Source: an uncultured Acidobacteriota bacterium (GTDB taxonomy: Bacteria > Acidobacteriota > Vicinamibacteria > Vicinamibacterales > UBA2999). From it: DNA of 64,000 nt. A program made the translations under genes and the position numbers. The notes under the pieces were generated by a model. It had not been told where the DNA came from. It saw only the letters and a program-made list of their open reading frames with translations, and ran no database searches. Below are positions 12,270-24,063 of the stretch, one piece after another; positions within the stretch are counted from its first letter, which is position 1, and the number at the start of each line of letters is the position of its first letter. The stretch spans positions 136,617-200,616 of the forward strand of contig CAWFTF010000018.1 of the NCBI GenBank assembly GCA_963818645.1, written 5' to 3'.

Positions 12270-12746
12270 TTAGCCTTTGGGCCCCACCGTCTGATTCGAC
12301 AAGTAGCGCTCGTACCCCATCTCCTTGATCTGATGGAGCTGCGCCTCGAGCCAGTCCACGTGCTCTTCCTCGTCCTTCAGAAGCTTCGAGAACAGCTCGC
12401 GTGACTGGTCGTCACCGGCGTCGCGCGAGATCTGGACGGCCTTGTTGTACATCGCGACGGCGTTCGTCTCGAGCTGGAGGTCGGCTTCGAGTTGATTCTT
12501 GACGTTCGTGCCGACCTTGAGCTCCATGTATTCCATCGTCGGCGTGGCGTCGAGGAACAGGATGCGCTCGATGAGCTCTTCGGCGTGCTTCATCTCGTCG
12601 ATCGACTGCTTTCTGATGAAGTCGCCCAGGCCGTGATAGCCCCAGTTGTGACACATCTCCGCATGCAGGAAATACTGGTTGATCGCCGTCAGTTCTTCCT
12701 TGAGTGCGTGATTGAGCTGAGCGATGACCTGAGCGTTACCGCGCAT
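12270..12746 (-). CDS. bfr: Bacterioferritin
   Basis: 158 aa, 'ELTAINQYFLHA', 'SIDEMKHA..LIERILFL', 'DEEEHVDWLE'; SD AAGGAGG upstream. Confidence 0.96.
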   Translation of the reverse strand: MRGNAQVIAQLNHALKEELTAINQYFLHAEMCHNWGYHGLGDFIRKQSIDEMKHAEELIERILFLDATPTMEYMELKVGTNVKNQLEADLQLETNAVAMYNKAVQISRDAGDDQSRELFSKLLKDEEEHVDWLEAQLHQIKEMGYERYLSNQTVGPKG

Positions 12747-12894
12747 TAATGCCGCCTCCTTTGCGCGTGTGCCGATCACACAGCGCGGGGACATCGTACG
12801 CTGAACAATGCCCGCGGCTCAAATAGCTGAGTATCCTGCGACTGCGACTCGCTCTCACAACGGTCGAGTCTCCTCCCTGCCGTACAATCGATCC

Positions 12895-13503
12895 ATGAGG
12901 GCGATCATGAGAACCCGACTGACAGCGCTTGCGATATTGCTGATTCCCACCGCAGTCCTGGCGCAGGATCCCGGCCAGATACAGCGGCTCTTCGAGTCGG
13001 GGAAATATCAGCAGGTCGTCGATTCCACCACGCCAGACTCGCCGCCCGATGTGCTCTACACGACGGCGCAGAGCCAGCAGAAACTCGGCGCCAACGATCA
13101 GGCGGCGCAGACATTCAGTCGCCTGGCCGAGCGTCCCGAGGCAGACCCATGGCACTTCATCGGGTTGTCTGGGCGTCAACTCGTGGAAGGGAATCCCGAC
13201 GCCGCGATCGCGTCGGCGCGTCAAGCAGTCGACGATGGCACCGGAACTTCCCTACGCGCACTTTCAGCTCGGTCTTGTGCTCGCCCGCCAGCAGCGTGGG
13301 CGGAGGCCGCCGCCGAATTCGACGAGGTCAGTGCTCGGCAGCCGACCAACGCCTACGCGTACTACTACGGCGGCATGATGCACTACCGCGCCAGTCGAGT
13401 CGATCAGATGGCGGTGCACTTCGAGCAGTTCCTCAAGCTCGCGCCCGAGGCGCCCGAGCGGCCGGAGGTGCTCTCGATCATGCGAACGCTTCAAAGACGG
13501 TAA
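12895..13503 (+). CDS. Secreted TPR protein (two compensating frameshifts near 13235-13295; start at 12895 or 12907)
   Basis: Signal peptide MRTRLTALAILLIPTAVLA; TPR-like helices, with 'APELPYAHFQLGLVLA' in the alternative frame. Confidence 0.8.
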   Translation: MRAIMRTRLTALAILLIPTAVLAQDPGQIQRLFESGKYQQVVDSTTPDSPPDVLYTTAQSQQKLGANDQAAQTFSRLAERPEADPWHFIGLSGRQLVEGNPDAAIASARQAVDDGTGTSLRALSARSCARPPAAWAEAAAEFDEVSARQPTNAYAYYYGGMMHYRASRVDQMAVHFEQFLKLAPEAPERPEVLSIMRTLQRR

Positions 13504-13529
13504 GAACTCCGTTGGGAGTTGGGCGTTTC

Positions 13530-16500
13530 CTAGAACGTCTGTCCGATTCCGAAGACCCATCGTCCGGTGTCGGCGACAGGCCGATTCCAGATGGTCTTCC
13601 CGTAATCCACGCGGAACAACGCGAACGGCGTCACAAGGCGCAAGCCAAATCCTGATGACCCTACGAGATCGCCGAGACGCACATCGGAGACCGTGGGAAA
13701 GACGTTGCCCGTGTCGATGAACACCACACCCCGAAGCCATCGATAGACCGGAAACCGCACCTCCTGGTTCAACGTCAGCAGCCCGCGGCCCCCGACGGGG
13801 TCTCCGTTGAAGTCGAGCCCTCCGAGGCTGTCTTCGGGCACGCCCCTGACGGTGCGGGCACCACCTGCAAAGAAGCGCAGATCGGAGACCAGCGCCTGTC
13901 CCTCGAGCGGCTTGACGGCACCGTATCTCGCCGCAGATGCGAGGACGACCCTTTTCCAGGGCCTGAAGTAATAGGCCTGTGTGAGCGACCTCAGGAACAG
14001 CAGATCGGAGTTGAGCAGTGCTGTGCCGTGCTCGAGGCTGGTGGAGACAAACGTCCCGCGCGTGGTGTCAGACGGATCGTCGCGCGTGTCCCATGTGGCA
14101 CTCGACGTGAAACGGCCGATGTGGGCCGTGACGTCGAACGCGAAATCCGGATCGCTTGGCTGAGTATCGAACGTCCGGTTTCGCTCGGAGCGAAGCCCGT
14201 ACGACAGCGTCAGCTTTCTTCCATCGGCCACGCTGCTCCCACGCCGCCGTCGTGCGATTGGTCACGAGAGTGTCTATGCGTGACTCCTCACGCGATCGCT
14301 CGAGCGTCAATGACGACTGCACGGAACGTCCGAAGAATGTCGGCGTGCTCACGAATACGCGACCGAGTCGCTCGAGGCTTTCGTACTGCGCGGCGGCGCC
14401 GACGGTGATCGCACGTCCGAACAACGTGCGGCGCGTCAGGTCGCCCGACACGCCCGGGACGAGGTCGCGCCCGTTGACGTTTTCTTCCGGCCGCTCTTCA
14501 GAAACCTGGAAGCCGTAGCGCAGGCGCAGCGCCGGCCACTCCTCGACGGTGACGCGAAGACTGACGGGCGCGGTATCGGCCGCCCCCTGCTGCGGTTCGA
14601 CCGCGATATCGACGCGTCTGAACAGACCACTCTCGAAGAGGCGGCGGCGGGCATCGAGCCAGTCGTCCGTTCGCAGTCCGTCGCCAGCCTTCAAGCGCAC
14701 GGTTCGTCTGACCACCTCTTCGTTGACCGACTGCAGGCCGCTGATCGTGATCTCCTGGATGACCTGACGCGGGCCTTCCTTGACCGCAAAGATCACGTCG
14801 ACGAGGCCGTCAGCGGCGCGAACGTTTTCGCGCGCCTCGAACGAGGCGGCCGTGAAGCCTTCGCGCCGATACCGCGTCTGCAATCGCATCCGCGCTGTCT
14901 CCACGTCCGCGGCGCGATACAGCGCGCCCTTCTCGAGCGCGGCTTCAGCCTGCAGATCCTCCACCTTGACGCCGTTCGCCCGCTCGAAGGTCACGTCGCC
15001 GATGCGGAATTGCGTGCCGGCCTTCACTGCCACCGGAACCGTCGCCACTTCCTCATCGAACATCGGGACGCCGACGCTCACGGTCGCCTGCGGATATCCC
15101 AACGAATGCAGAACGGCGAGCACCATGCGCTCGTATTCGGCCGGGCTGGTGAGCGCCTGCACGGCCTGTGTCCGGTCGCCCGCTCGATCGACGAGTTCCT
15201 TCTTCAACTTGTCGTCGACACCCTCGAAGCGCACTTCGATGCGATCGGCCCGCGGCGTCGGCGTCACGTCGATGACCAACGTGCGGACGGCCTCGTCGCC
15301 TTCGACCTTCACTGCGAGCATCGGCTCATACGTGGCCTGCAGGGCGAGCTCACGCCGGACGATGCCCTCCGCTTCCTCGATCAGGAATCCTTCGAACACA
15401 GACCGCGTCCAGGCGGTCTGAATTTCCTCGAGCACGCTCCGGCGAAGCGAGACGCCCATGACACGAACATGTGTCTCGGGCCCGGCGTCGATCGTGTACG
15501 TCAACTCGACGCCCGCACCCGACTCGGCTCGATTCGTGGTGATGCGGGCCGCCCAGTGCTGTTGACGCTGATAGAAGCGCTCGATCCGGTCGCGATCCTC
15601 CTGCCAGTTGATGAAGTCGAATCGATCGCCCTCGTTGAGGCGAAGCACGCCGCGCACCTGCGTCTCGGGGAAATGGAGGTCTCCCATCACGCGCACCGCC
15701 GACACATGCGGCTGCTTCACCTCGCGTGAGGCGTCGCCGGACCGAACCGCGTTGGGCGCGTTTCCGAAGGTCACGTCGTGGCGGAACTCGTACGACCGCA
15801 GTTCCTGGTCGTCCTGGACAAATCGCAGCGCGATTCGACGGACCGGCAGATAGTCGACGATCCACGTCTGCTCGTTGCTCTCGACGAGGCTCTGCGACAG
15901 CGTGACGTCAACTTTGTGGCCCAGGCTCTTGCCGAAGGTGACCCGCGAAGTCGGGTCGGTCTCGGACGCCAGGTCGGCTGGATCGCGTGGATTGGTCTCC
16001 ACGCCGCCGAAACGAAGCGTGTCGAGACCTACGCTACGCCCGGCGACGCCAAGAACATCGCCAGCAAGACTGCCGAGCACCTGCGCTCCGACGGCGGCGG
16101 CCTGTTGTTCCCCAAGTTCATCCATCTTCCGGCCCGTCAGCAGCAACGAGGTCAGCTCGGACTGCGACTTGTCGAGCTCCGGATCGGAGGGCGAGCTCAG
16201 CTCCGTCATCAGGCTGTCCGGCGTGCCAGTGATGCGGATGTCGATGTCGGTGCCCGACACTCTGGTCGACGCCTCAATGCCGAGCATCGGTTCGATCGTC
16301 GAGGGATTGGCAAAGTCGATCGTCCCGTTCTGAACGACGTAGACATTCCGGCCGAGGAAGAGCTGACCACCTTCTCGCAACTCCAGGCGACCGGAGAGCG
16401 CGGGCGACGCAGCCACGTTGATCAGCCGCAGGTCGGCACCGAGCTGTGCCTTCGCGACGTTGTTGTCGATCAGCAGGTCCTCGTCCGTGATCACGCGAAC

Positions 16501-19500
16501 GTCGAGCGTCAGCGATTGAAGAAATGGCGACGGGGGAGCGCCGGTCGTCGTGCCCGCACGCTGGAGGTTGTTCAACAGTCCTGTCACGAGTGCCAGAGGC
16601 TCGCGGTACGCGCCGCGCTTGATGGTGACGAGCCCGCTCAAACGATTCGCCTGCGCGCCGTCCTCGACCGTGGTCGTCAACTCAATCGAGCTGTCGACTT
16701 CGGTGCGCAGCCCTTCCGGGAAGTTCATCGCCATCCCGCTGACGTTTGCCATGAACTGTCCGCGCAGTTCCGGGGCGTATTGGACCTGACCCGATCCGCT
16801 CAGCTTGCCGCCGTTGACGGTACCACTCAGCGACGTGATGAACGCGTTGCTGCGCGCGAGCACCGCCACCGCGTTCAGCTCGCTGGCCACGACGCGTGGC
16901 TCGCGCAGGCGAAGTTCTCCGTTGGCCAGGCGGACCTCGCCGTTGATCGTCGGCGCATTCAACACACCAGTGACGGACAGACGCGTGTCCACTTGTCCGG
17001 CAGTGCTGATGCCGCTGACGCCAAGGAACGGCGTGAGCAGCCGGGCGTCGAGCGTGCCGTTCGCCAGAATCGCGGCCTGCTGATCGCTGAGGCGAACCTG
17101 TCCGCTGACATCGACCGACGACCCCTCGCTTTCCCACGTCCAGCTTTCAATTCGGGCAATGCCGTCTCGAGCCACGACGCGAGTCGGCATCCGCTGCGTG
17201 ACGGGCAGATCGGCGACGGTGAGGTTCAACCGGTCAAGAACGACTTCTCCTTGAGCGTCATTGAGGTTCAGCGACGGGCTCGAGAGATCGAGCCGCGCGT
17301 CGAGCGACCCCGCAACCTGAGCGATCGTGGACGGGTCAACGAACGGTGCGAGAACAGCGGACGTCACACCAACTGCCGTCGCCTTCAGCACCGCGCCGCC
17401 ATCAGACGGGGCGGCTCCTTTGCTGGTGAACAGTGCCACCGGCGCCTGCCCTGTCGCCGTGACGTTGGCGCCGTGATAGCTGCCCGTGAGATCGCGAAGC
17501 TCGACGAGCCCGTTCTCGACGTGCGCGCGGACGCGCAGGTTCTCGACCGGCGCGAGATCCGATCGCGCCTGAACCATCCCTGGCCCCAGCTCGAGATCAG
17601 CAGCGTAGGCCGGCGACTCGAGCGACCCGGTAATGCGTGCCAGCAACACGAGCGGGCCCTTGCCGGCGGCGATCGGCGCCTCCGTTGTGGTTCGCGTCGT
17701 GTCGGCGGCCACGGCCGCCGCAACCGCTACGTCATAGAGATCGCCAGACAATGTCGCGAGCAGTGCATCGCTGCCCGACGCGGTCGACAGAGGCAAAGCA
17801 CCGGCCGCAGAAACCGACGTCTTTCCAACCGAACCCTCCAACCGCTCGACCACGACTCGGCCGTTGTCGTACTGCACTCGCGCCGGCTCGCGCAGCGCGA
17901 TGGGCAATGTCTGAACGTGACCGTCGAGTGCCGCCACCTGCAGCGAGGCCCGGCCGTCGCGCCATCGCTCCAGTGGTCCCTGCGCTTCGACACGAAGGTC
18001 GGCTGTACCATCGAGCGACACCGGCAGTCGAATGCCGCTCACGGCTCGCGCAAGATTCAGTGCCTGAGCATTGGCATTCAGCGTCGTCTGATAGGGCGCA
18101 TCGAATCGAATGTTCGCGTCTGCGACTGCGTTGAACTCTGGAGCTTGAGCCGTGATGTTGGCGTGGTCACCTTGAAGGTCTGCATCCGCGACGATCTCTC
18201 CGAGCGCAATGTCCTGTGACACCGTGAGACTGGAAACGAGGTGCGCCTTGCCAAACACCATTCGTCCACGACCGTTGCCGGAATAGTCGAGGCCCACGAG
18301 TCCTGAGAGCGGAAGATCGGGTGTCGGATCAAGGCGCCACGAGGTGAGGCCGACAGTCCCGGTGTAACCCTGGTCCTTCAGATTGAACTGACCCGCGGCT
18401 CGCACTCGGCCTGTGGTCCCTTCCCCGCTCGCGCCCGCAGGCTGCGCAGCCGATAACTCCTCGAGATCGAGCATCGATCCATCGAGCCGGCCGCGAGCCT
18501 GTACGTCGACGATCTCCTGTCCCGATACCACGGCTTTGTCGCTGTCCACGACGAAATGGAGGACCGGGCGCCCGATCGTTCCCTCGACATCGGCACTGGC
18601 CCGGATGGATCCGGTAACCAGATCCTGCTGAACGGACGCCAGCCCCGACTCGTCGAGCATCTGGAAGATCGCCTGCAGGTCACTCTCCGAAGCGTGCAGC
18701 GTTCCCATGACGGTCGAATCGGCAAAGTTGTCCCCACGCAGGCGGCCCATCAGCGACACATCGATCGGGGTGACGTCTCCGACTCGATGACGTGCCTCGA
18801 GTCCCCACTGCCCTCTCGCGAGACGGAAGCGCGCTTCTCCTGGCGCAGGAATGCGTCCGCGTCCGCGCTGCCCACCGGCCAGCGAGACTCGGGCGTCGAC
18901 GTCCCATCCTTCGATCGACTCGATCGCTCCGCTCGCCTTCAGCTCACCCGACGCTCGTCCCGACGGACCCACGCGTGCGTCGCCGATCGTCGTCAGCAGG
19001 CGCGCGGCGTCGAGGTCGCGCCACGACGCGTCCACACGCGCGCGGTTGTCTTGCCACGTGATACCTCCCGTCGCCGCCACGCTGCCACCCGCGATCCCGG
19101 CCGACGACTCTCCTATCTCGAGGCTGTCGCCATTGAGTTGAATGCGCGCGGCGACGTTCGCGACCTCCAGTCGCTGCCAGGAGATCCCGTTCGACGAGAG
19201 TTGCAGATTGGCAGTGGGCTCGCTCAACGGCCCGCTCACGGTGCCTTCGAGATGCACGCCGCCTCGCGGCGCATCATCCGCCTGGCCCCACCACTTCGCC
19301 GCGTTCTGGAGTTCACTGTCGCTGACCACTCGCACGTCGATCGACGGATGTTGCCTGATGAGCGCAAGCATGCCGTCGATCACTCCGCGAAGTTCCGGTG
19401 CGCTGAACTCCAGGTTCATCAACTGCAGATCGCGTCCGTCGAACGAGATGTCGCTCTGAAGCGTGTCGATGCGTGTGCTCGTCGAACCAATAGTCAGATC

Positions 19501-20049
19501 GAGTGGCGCATCCAGCGCGAGACGCCCGCGAGACGACAGGTCAACCGTGAGCGCTGGTGCGCTGAGCGTGATGTTCGCGGCCTCGTCTCTGTACTCGACG
19601 GCCAGTCGAGGCACGTTGATTCGCGCGATCGGCAACGGCGCCGGATCGCCGGTTCCGCCTCCCGACGACTTCGGAAGATTCGTCGTCCCATCGGCGCGCC
19701 GCACGATGTGCACGGCTCCGTTCGTAACCGTCACCTCGTCTATCGCCACTTCTCCGAAAAACACCCGATACGAGGCAGCGGCCACGACGTTGTCCGCAGT
19801 GAAGAACGGCTGAGCATCCCCGGCGGCCGACACTTTCACATTGGCCAGTCGAACGCGGCGTGTCGCGAGGTTGTAGTTGAGACGAGTCGCGTCGATCTGC
19901 ACTCCACGACTCAGCGCGGCACGGATCACGAAGCGGAGCGCGTAGGACCTGACAGGCGGTGTGTGCACGGCGACCACACCGACCAGTACGAGCAGCAGGA
20001 ATGCGAGACAGACAATGACGAACCGCCGACGCATCGGGTCCTGTCCCAT
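13530..20049 (-). CDS. TamB (AsmA-like/DUF490) plus POTRA plus Omp85/TamA beta-barrel fusion, about 2170 aa (frameshift near 14220)
   Basis: N-terminal membrane anchor, long beta-rich TamB-like region with a DUF490-like end, POTRA repeats ('VKEGPRQVIQEITISG', 'RRLFESGLFRRVDI'), barrel 'RFFAGGARTVRG' and beta-signal 'WVFGIGQTF'. Confidence 0.88.
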
Positions 20050-20158
20050 GCTACGCCACGGCTAGCGATCCCATGTGCGCGCGTAACAGGAGGAACTGCT
20101 GATGTGTTAACCTAACAGGGTCATACAGGCGGCGGCGCCGGGTGACTCCCGTTTTTTG

Positions 20159-21217
20159 ATGGCCGAGAAACCACTCGACCTCACACTCGAGCTAGCCCCG
20201 AAGGCGCGATTCGACGTCGTCGATTTGCGATCCCATTTTTCAGCCGAGCATCAGGCACTCGGGCCGTACCCGCATTGCCTCTATTGGTCGTTTCATACGA
20301 CTGCCGGCTTCCTCGATCGCAGTCTTGCGGCACGCCTGAGCGCTGAGCGGATCCCCGGATACGTCGACGCGTTCCGCGCGCTCTTCCCCGAGGGCGCGGG
20401 CTACGCGCACGACAGCCTCGAACAGCGCGGCGATCTCGACGCCGCCCAGCGCGCCATTGAGCCGCGCAACGCCGACTCACACCTGGCGTTCATTGCCGGT
20501 GGTTTGCTCACGAGCGTCATGCATCCGAACCGCGCCGGCGAAGAGGTGTGCTGGATCGATCTCGACGGCATGAATCACGGAAAGCCGCGCCGCCGGTTGA
20601 CGCGACTGATCGCCTTCCACCGCGAACGCGTCGTCCGCAACACGCGCATCGAGGTCCCGGTCTCCGCGCATCCGATCGACTCGATCAATCTCAAGGACCC
20701 GCGACTCGGCATCTACGCGCAGCTCACGCAGTTCGTCAAAGACGCGGGCATGTCGACCGGGCGCCTGCGCATCGCGCTCGATCCGGTGGAGCGGCATTCA
20801 GCGCTCACCGTCAACGAGTACGAAACGCTGCTCATGCGGCACGACCTCGCCGAGGTGCTGCGCAACCCGCTTCGCTTCGTTGCCGAGAAGTCACGCCATG
20901 CCCTGGCAAACCCGTTCGCCGTGCCGGCCCGGACACTCGACTACGCGAAATACGATTTCGTGCGCGTCCTCAACAAGGGGCTCGACGCGTTCGGTCTTCG
21001 CGGATCGATCATCGAGAAAGTGATGGCGCGAACGCTCGCCGTGCCGGCCGCACGCTTCTTCCGCATGCGCCGGTCTGTCAGCCTGCTCGTGTCAGCGGAC
21101 GACCATGGCGCGCCGACGATTGTGGCAGGGATGTATCAGAGTCCGATCCTGGTGCAGTGGCAGCACGCGCCGCGACGGTCCCGCGTCCTCGACGTCACAC
21201 TCACTGAGATTCGCTAG
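20159..21217 (+). CDS. Hypothetical protein with a YjbQ/UPF0047-like domain, possibly tandem-duplicated
   Basis: 'HTTAGF', 'YAHD', 'NADSHL', 'IDLDG' match YjbQ motifs; second half has 'HSALTVNE' and 'GMYQSPILVQW...R'. Confidence 0.65.
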   Translation: MAEKPLDLTLELAPKARFDVVDLRSHFSAEHQALGPYPHCLYWSFHTTAGFLDRSLAARLSAERIPGYVDAFRALFPEGAGYAHDSLEQRGDLDAAQRAIEPRNADSHLAFIAGGLLTSVMHPNRAGEEVCWIDLDGMNHGKPRRRLTRLIAFHRERVVRNTRIEVPVSAHPIDSINLKDPRLGIYAQLTQFVKDAGMSTGRLRIALDPVERHSALTVNEYETLLMRHDLAEVLRNPLRFVAEKSRHALANPFAVPARTLDYAKYDFVRVLNKGLDAFGLRGSIIEKVMARTLAVPAARFFRMRRSVSLLVSADDHGAPTIVAGMYQSPILVQWQHAPRRSRVLDVTLTEIR

Positions 21218-21240
21218 CTACGCCGCGGGCTCGGGGGACG

Positions 21241-22620
21241 TTACCGCGGAAGCCTCTCCGGCATCTCTGCCACCGCGTACGCCATGACGGCAACAGCGGC
21301 AGAGGCCCTCGACACTTCCTCAGGCAAGATGCGATCGACGGTGTCCGCCGCAGTGTGGTGGATCACGAAGTAGCGCGCGGCATCTCCTACATACGCCATC
21401 GTCGGAACTCTTCCGGCCTGGGCGATGGGACCGATGTCAGCGCCGCCGCCTCCCGCTGTGATCTCGGGAAAGTTCAGCGGCTCGAGCAGCAGACCTATCT
21501 GTCCGATCATGGCGCGCGCCGCCATGCTGCCGGAGAATCCGAGCGCCGCCGGCGCGAACACTCCGAGATCCGATTCGAGTGCGAAGACATGATCGGAAGC
21601 TGTTGAGGCGTGGCGTTCGGCGTACGCTGCCGCGCCGCGCAGTCCGTTTTCCTCGTTCGTCCACAGCACCACGCGAACCGTACGCCGTGGACGAAGCCCC
21701 AGCTTCATCATCAGGCGTGCTGCCTCCCACGTGATGATGCATCCCACGCCATCGTCCGACGCGCCCGTTCCGACGTCCCACGAATCGAGATGTCCGCCGA
21801 GCAGCACGATCTCGTTCGGCTTCTCGCGTCCGATGATCTCGCCGACGACGTTGGCGGACTCGACGTCGGCCTCGCGACGCCCTTCGAGCAGAAGCCGCAG
21901 GCGTACGCGGCGGCCGGTGCGAGCGAGACGTACGAGGCGGTTGGCGTCCTCGGCTGCGAGTGCGGCAGCGGGAATTGCGGTCACTTCCGGGATGTAGTTC
22001 ACGCTGCCGGTGTGCGCCGTTCGCAATCCGACCGGCCCGATCGATCGCACGAGCACCGCGAGGGCGCCCTGCTGTGCCGCGGCACGCGCACCCCCGTTGC
22101 GGTACGTGACGGTTTCCGCGTAGCCGCCGTACGCGACATCGAACAGCACGATCTTGCCGCGCGCCTCTGACGCGCGACTGCGGAGATCTTCAAAGCTGCT
22201 GACCACCAGCAGATCGGCCTCGAGGCCACCGGGCGGCGTCGCCACGGTTCCACCGAGCCCGAGAATCGCCAGGTCCTGATGCGGCGGATCGACAATCTCC
22301 GCCTGCTCGCGACCTCGCACCCATTTGGGGACCATCACCGGCTCGGTGTGCACGTTCTCGAGCCCGTCAGCCGTCATCGTCTGAACGGACCACCGGATCG
22401 CTCTGGCGAGATTCTGAGAGCCACTCAATCGCGCGCCAAACGTATCCGTGAGTTCGGCGAGGCGCCGCCATGCGAAGTCGTCCGCCGTTGCGGCCTTGAT
22501 CAACTGGTCTGCATCGGCCTTCAACGGTGTCGAAACGGAGTGCGTGCTCTGGGCTTCGAGGGAGATGGCAACCGCTATGGCGCAGGCCAGCGCAACCAGG
22601 TGGGACAACGACAGCCGCAT
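21241..22620 (-). CDS. Secreted M28 peptidase (carboxypeptidase Q-like, PA domain)
   Basis: 'GGHLDSWDVGTGASDDGVG', 'TNEENGLRG', 'ESDLG', 'HHTAADTVD'; signal peptide. Confidence 0.92.
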   Translation of the reverse strand: MRLSLSHLVALACAIAVAISLEAQSTHSVSTPLKADADQLIKAATADDFAWRRLAELTDTFGARLSGSQNLARAIRWSVQTMTADGLENVHTEPVMVPKWVRGREQAEIVDPPHQDLAILGLGGTVATPPGGLEADLLVVSSFEDLRSRASEARGKIVLFDVAYGGYAETVTYRNGGARAAAQQGALAVLVRSIGPVGLRTAHTGSVNYIPEVTAIPAAALAAEDANRLVRLARTGRRVRLRLLLEGRREADVESANVVGEIIGREKPNEIVLLGGHLDSWDVGTGASDDGVGCIITWEAARLMMKLGLRPRRTVRVVLWTNEENGLRGAAAYAERHASTASDHVFALESDLGVFAPAALGFSGSMAARAMIGQIGLLLEPLNFPEITAGGGGADIGPIAQAGRVPTMAYVGDAARYFVIHHTAADTVDRILPEEVSRASAAVAVMAYAVAEMPERLPR

Positions 22621-22653
22621 GCAGATCTACTTTAGCGCAGGGGGCTTACGCGG

Positions 22654-22688
22654 GGCTCTCGACTCTGGGCTCTGGGCGTTGGGCGTTG
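22654..22688. repeat. Heptamer array (GGCTCTG/GGCGTTG)x5
   Basis: ggctctc-gactctg-ggctctg-ggcgttg-ggcgttg. Confidence 0.8.
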
Positions 22689-22692
22689 GACA

Positions 22693-23973
22693 TCACGCCA
22701 CCGGTTTGAAGTACTCCGGAAGATCGCGTTTGGTCTCGAGCAGGATCGAGATAATCGCCTTGCGATCTGCCGGAGCCAGGCCCTTGTAGCGAGGAGACAT
22801 GTCCTTGCCGGACAGCACTTCCCAGAGACGCGAGTAGACCGCGCTCTTGGCTGCCGGCGGAAGGGCATCGAATGCCGGCGTGTAGATCATGTAGCTGCAC
22901 GGATACTTGAACAGCCGGCGACGCAGATCGAACTCGCGCAGCGAACGGCCCTGGCCATCGCGCGGGCCTCTGGCGACGAACGACTCGGCGAACCCGGACG
23001 TGCCTTTCACCACGCCTGTCAGCGGCGCCTCGTCCACAAAGAGCATGTAGTCGACGAGGTCGCGTGCGGCCTCGGTGACACGCGTCGAGGCGGCCTGGCT
23101 CGGCGATGCTGCGGCCAGCCTCGCTTCCCATCCTGTGCGCGTGATCAGGTTCGTCATGTTGGCCTGATGGTCGATGACGAGCAACGCCACGACATCGCTG
23201 TACGGAGCGGCGTACCCCTTCAGGTCGAAGAGTCCGTCGAGCGACGGCAGCGCGCGCGTCGGAGCTGCCAGCTTCGATCCCTTGTCGTTGTACATGACCG
23301 ACACGTTGCCGATGTGCTTCGCGCCGCCCGGATCGCCGGTCACCCACCATCCACCCCAGCGCTGTTCGAGCGGACTGCCGTGAACGGTCGTGAAGCCGTT
23401 GGCGTACGAGTTTTCGTCGCGCAGGGGATAGACGCTCTGCACCATCAAGCCGGGAACGCCCAGCGTCTCCCACGACAAGTGACATGCGAGGCACTCGTTG
23501 CTGCGCTTGAAGGCCGGCTTCGCTCCGGCATCCTGTGCGACCTCATAGAAGACAACGCCCTGCGACGGATCCTGTGAGGCGACTTCGATGATCTTGGCGC
23601 CGCGGATGTATCCGACTGCGACCGTGTCGTTGAAGAACACGGCACGCGGGTTGTGCATCCGGATGAGCGACGCCTGGAAACTGGTCTGCGAGAAGACCAT
23701 CATCTGCGACTCGACAGGCACGTTCAGCGCGTCGAGCACCGACCGGAGGTAACCCGTGGACTCGTCGTACTTCAGCGTCGCCGCCCCGTTGGCGAGCCTG
23801 GCGTTGAGCGCCGATACCGCGTCCGACGTCGCGCCAGTCGAATAGGCGATGGCCGGGTGATCGCGCGACTCCACGTAAGCGTCGCGCCGCTGGGCAACGG
23901 CCAGCAGGCTGCAACCGAAGATGGCGGCCACGACGAGCAGGAGAAGAGATGGAACCCGGGCTGGAGGAGCCAC
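22693..23973 (-). CDS. Secreted hypothetical protein with a single CXXCH motif (possible c-type cytochrome)
   Basis: Signal peptide, 'ECLACH', 'RWGGWWVTG', 'SLREFDLRRRLFKYPCSYMIY'. Confidence 0.75.
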   Translation of the reverse strand: MAPPARVPSLLLLVVAAIFGCSLLAVAQRRDAYVESRDHPAIAYSTGATSDAVSALNARLANGAATLKYDESTGYLRSVLDALNVPVESQMMVFSQTSFQASLIRMHNPRAVFFNDTVAVGYIRGAKIIEVASQDPSQGVVFYEVAQDAGAKPAFKRSNECLACHLSWETLGVPGLMVQSVYPLRDENSYANGFTTVHGSPLEQRWGGWWVTGDPGGAKHIGNVSVMYNDKGSKLAAPTRALPSLDGLFDLKGYAAPYSDVVALLVIDHQANMTNLITRTGWEARLAAASPSQAASTRVTEAARDLVDYMLFVDEAPLTGVVKGTSGFAESFVARGPRDGQGRSLREFDLRRRLFKYPCSYMIYTPAFDALPPAAKSAVYSRLWEVLSGKDMSPRYKGLAPADRKAIISILLETKRDLPEYFKPVA

Positions 23974-24063
23974 ACCTGAAGGCTACGATCGGTAACCGCA
24001 GCACTGCAAGCGCGTCTACGGGGATATGATGGGGGTTCCCGCCATTGAGGCCGGGCGCCGCAT

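Noticed and set aside
15778-20115. Long antisense ORFs (813 aa and 519 aa; similarly 37-1329, 8760-10085, 24596-26092, 29016-30545)
   Set aside because: They are shadow ORFs opposite real genes, expected from high-GC codon bias, and have no recognisable motifs.
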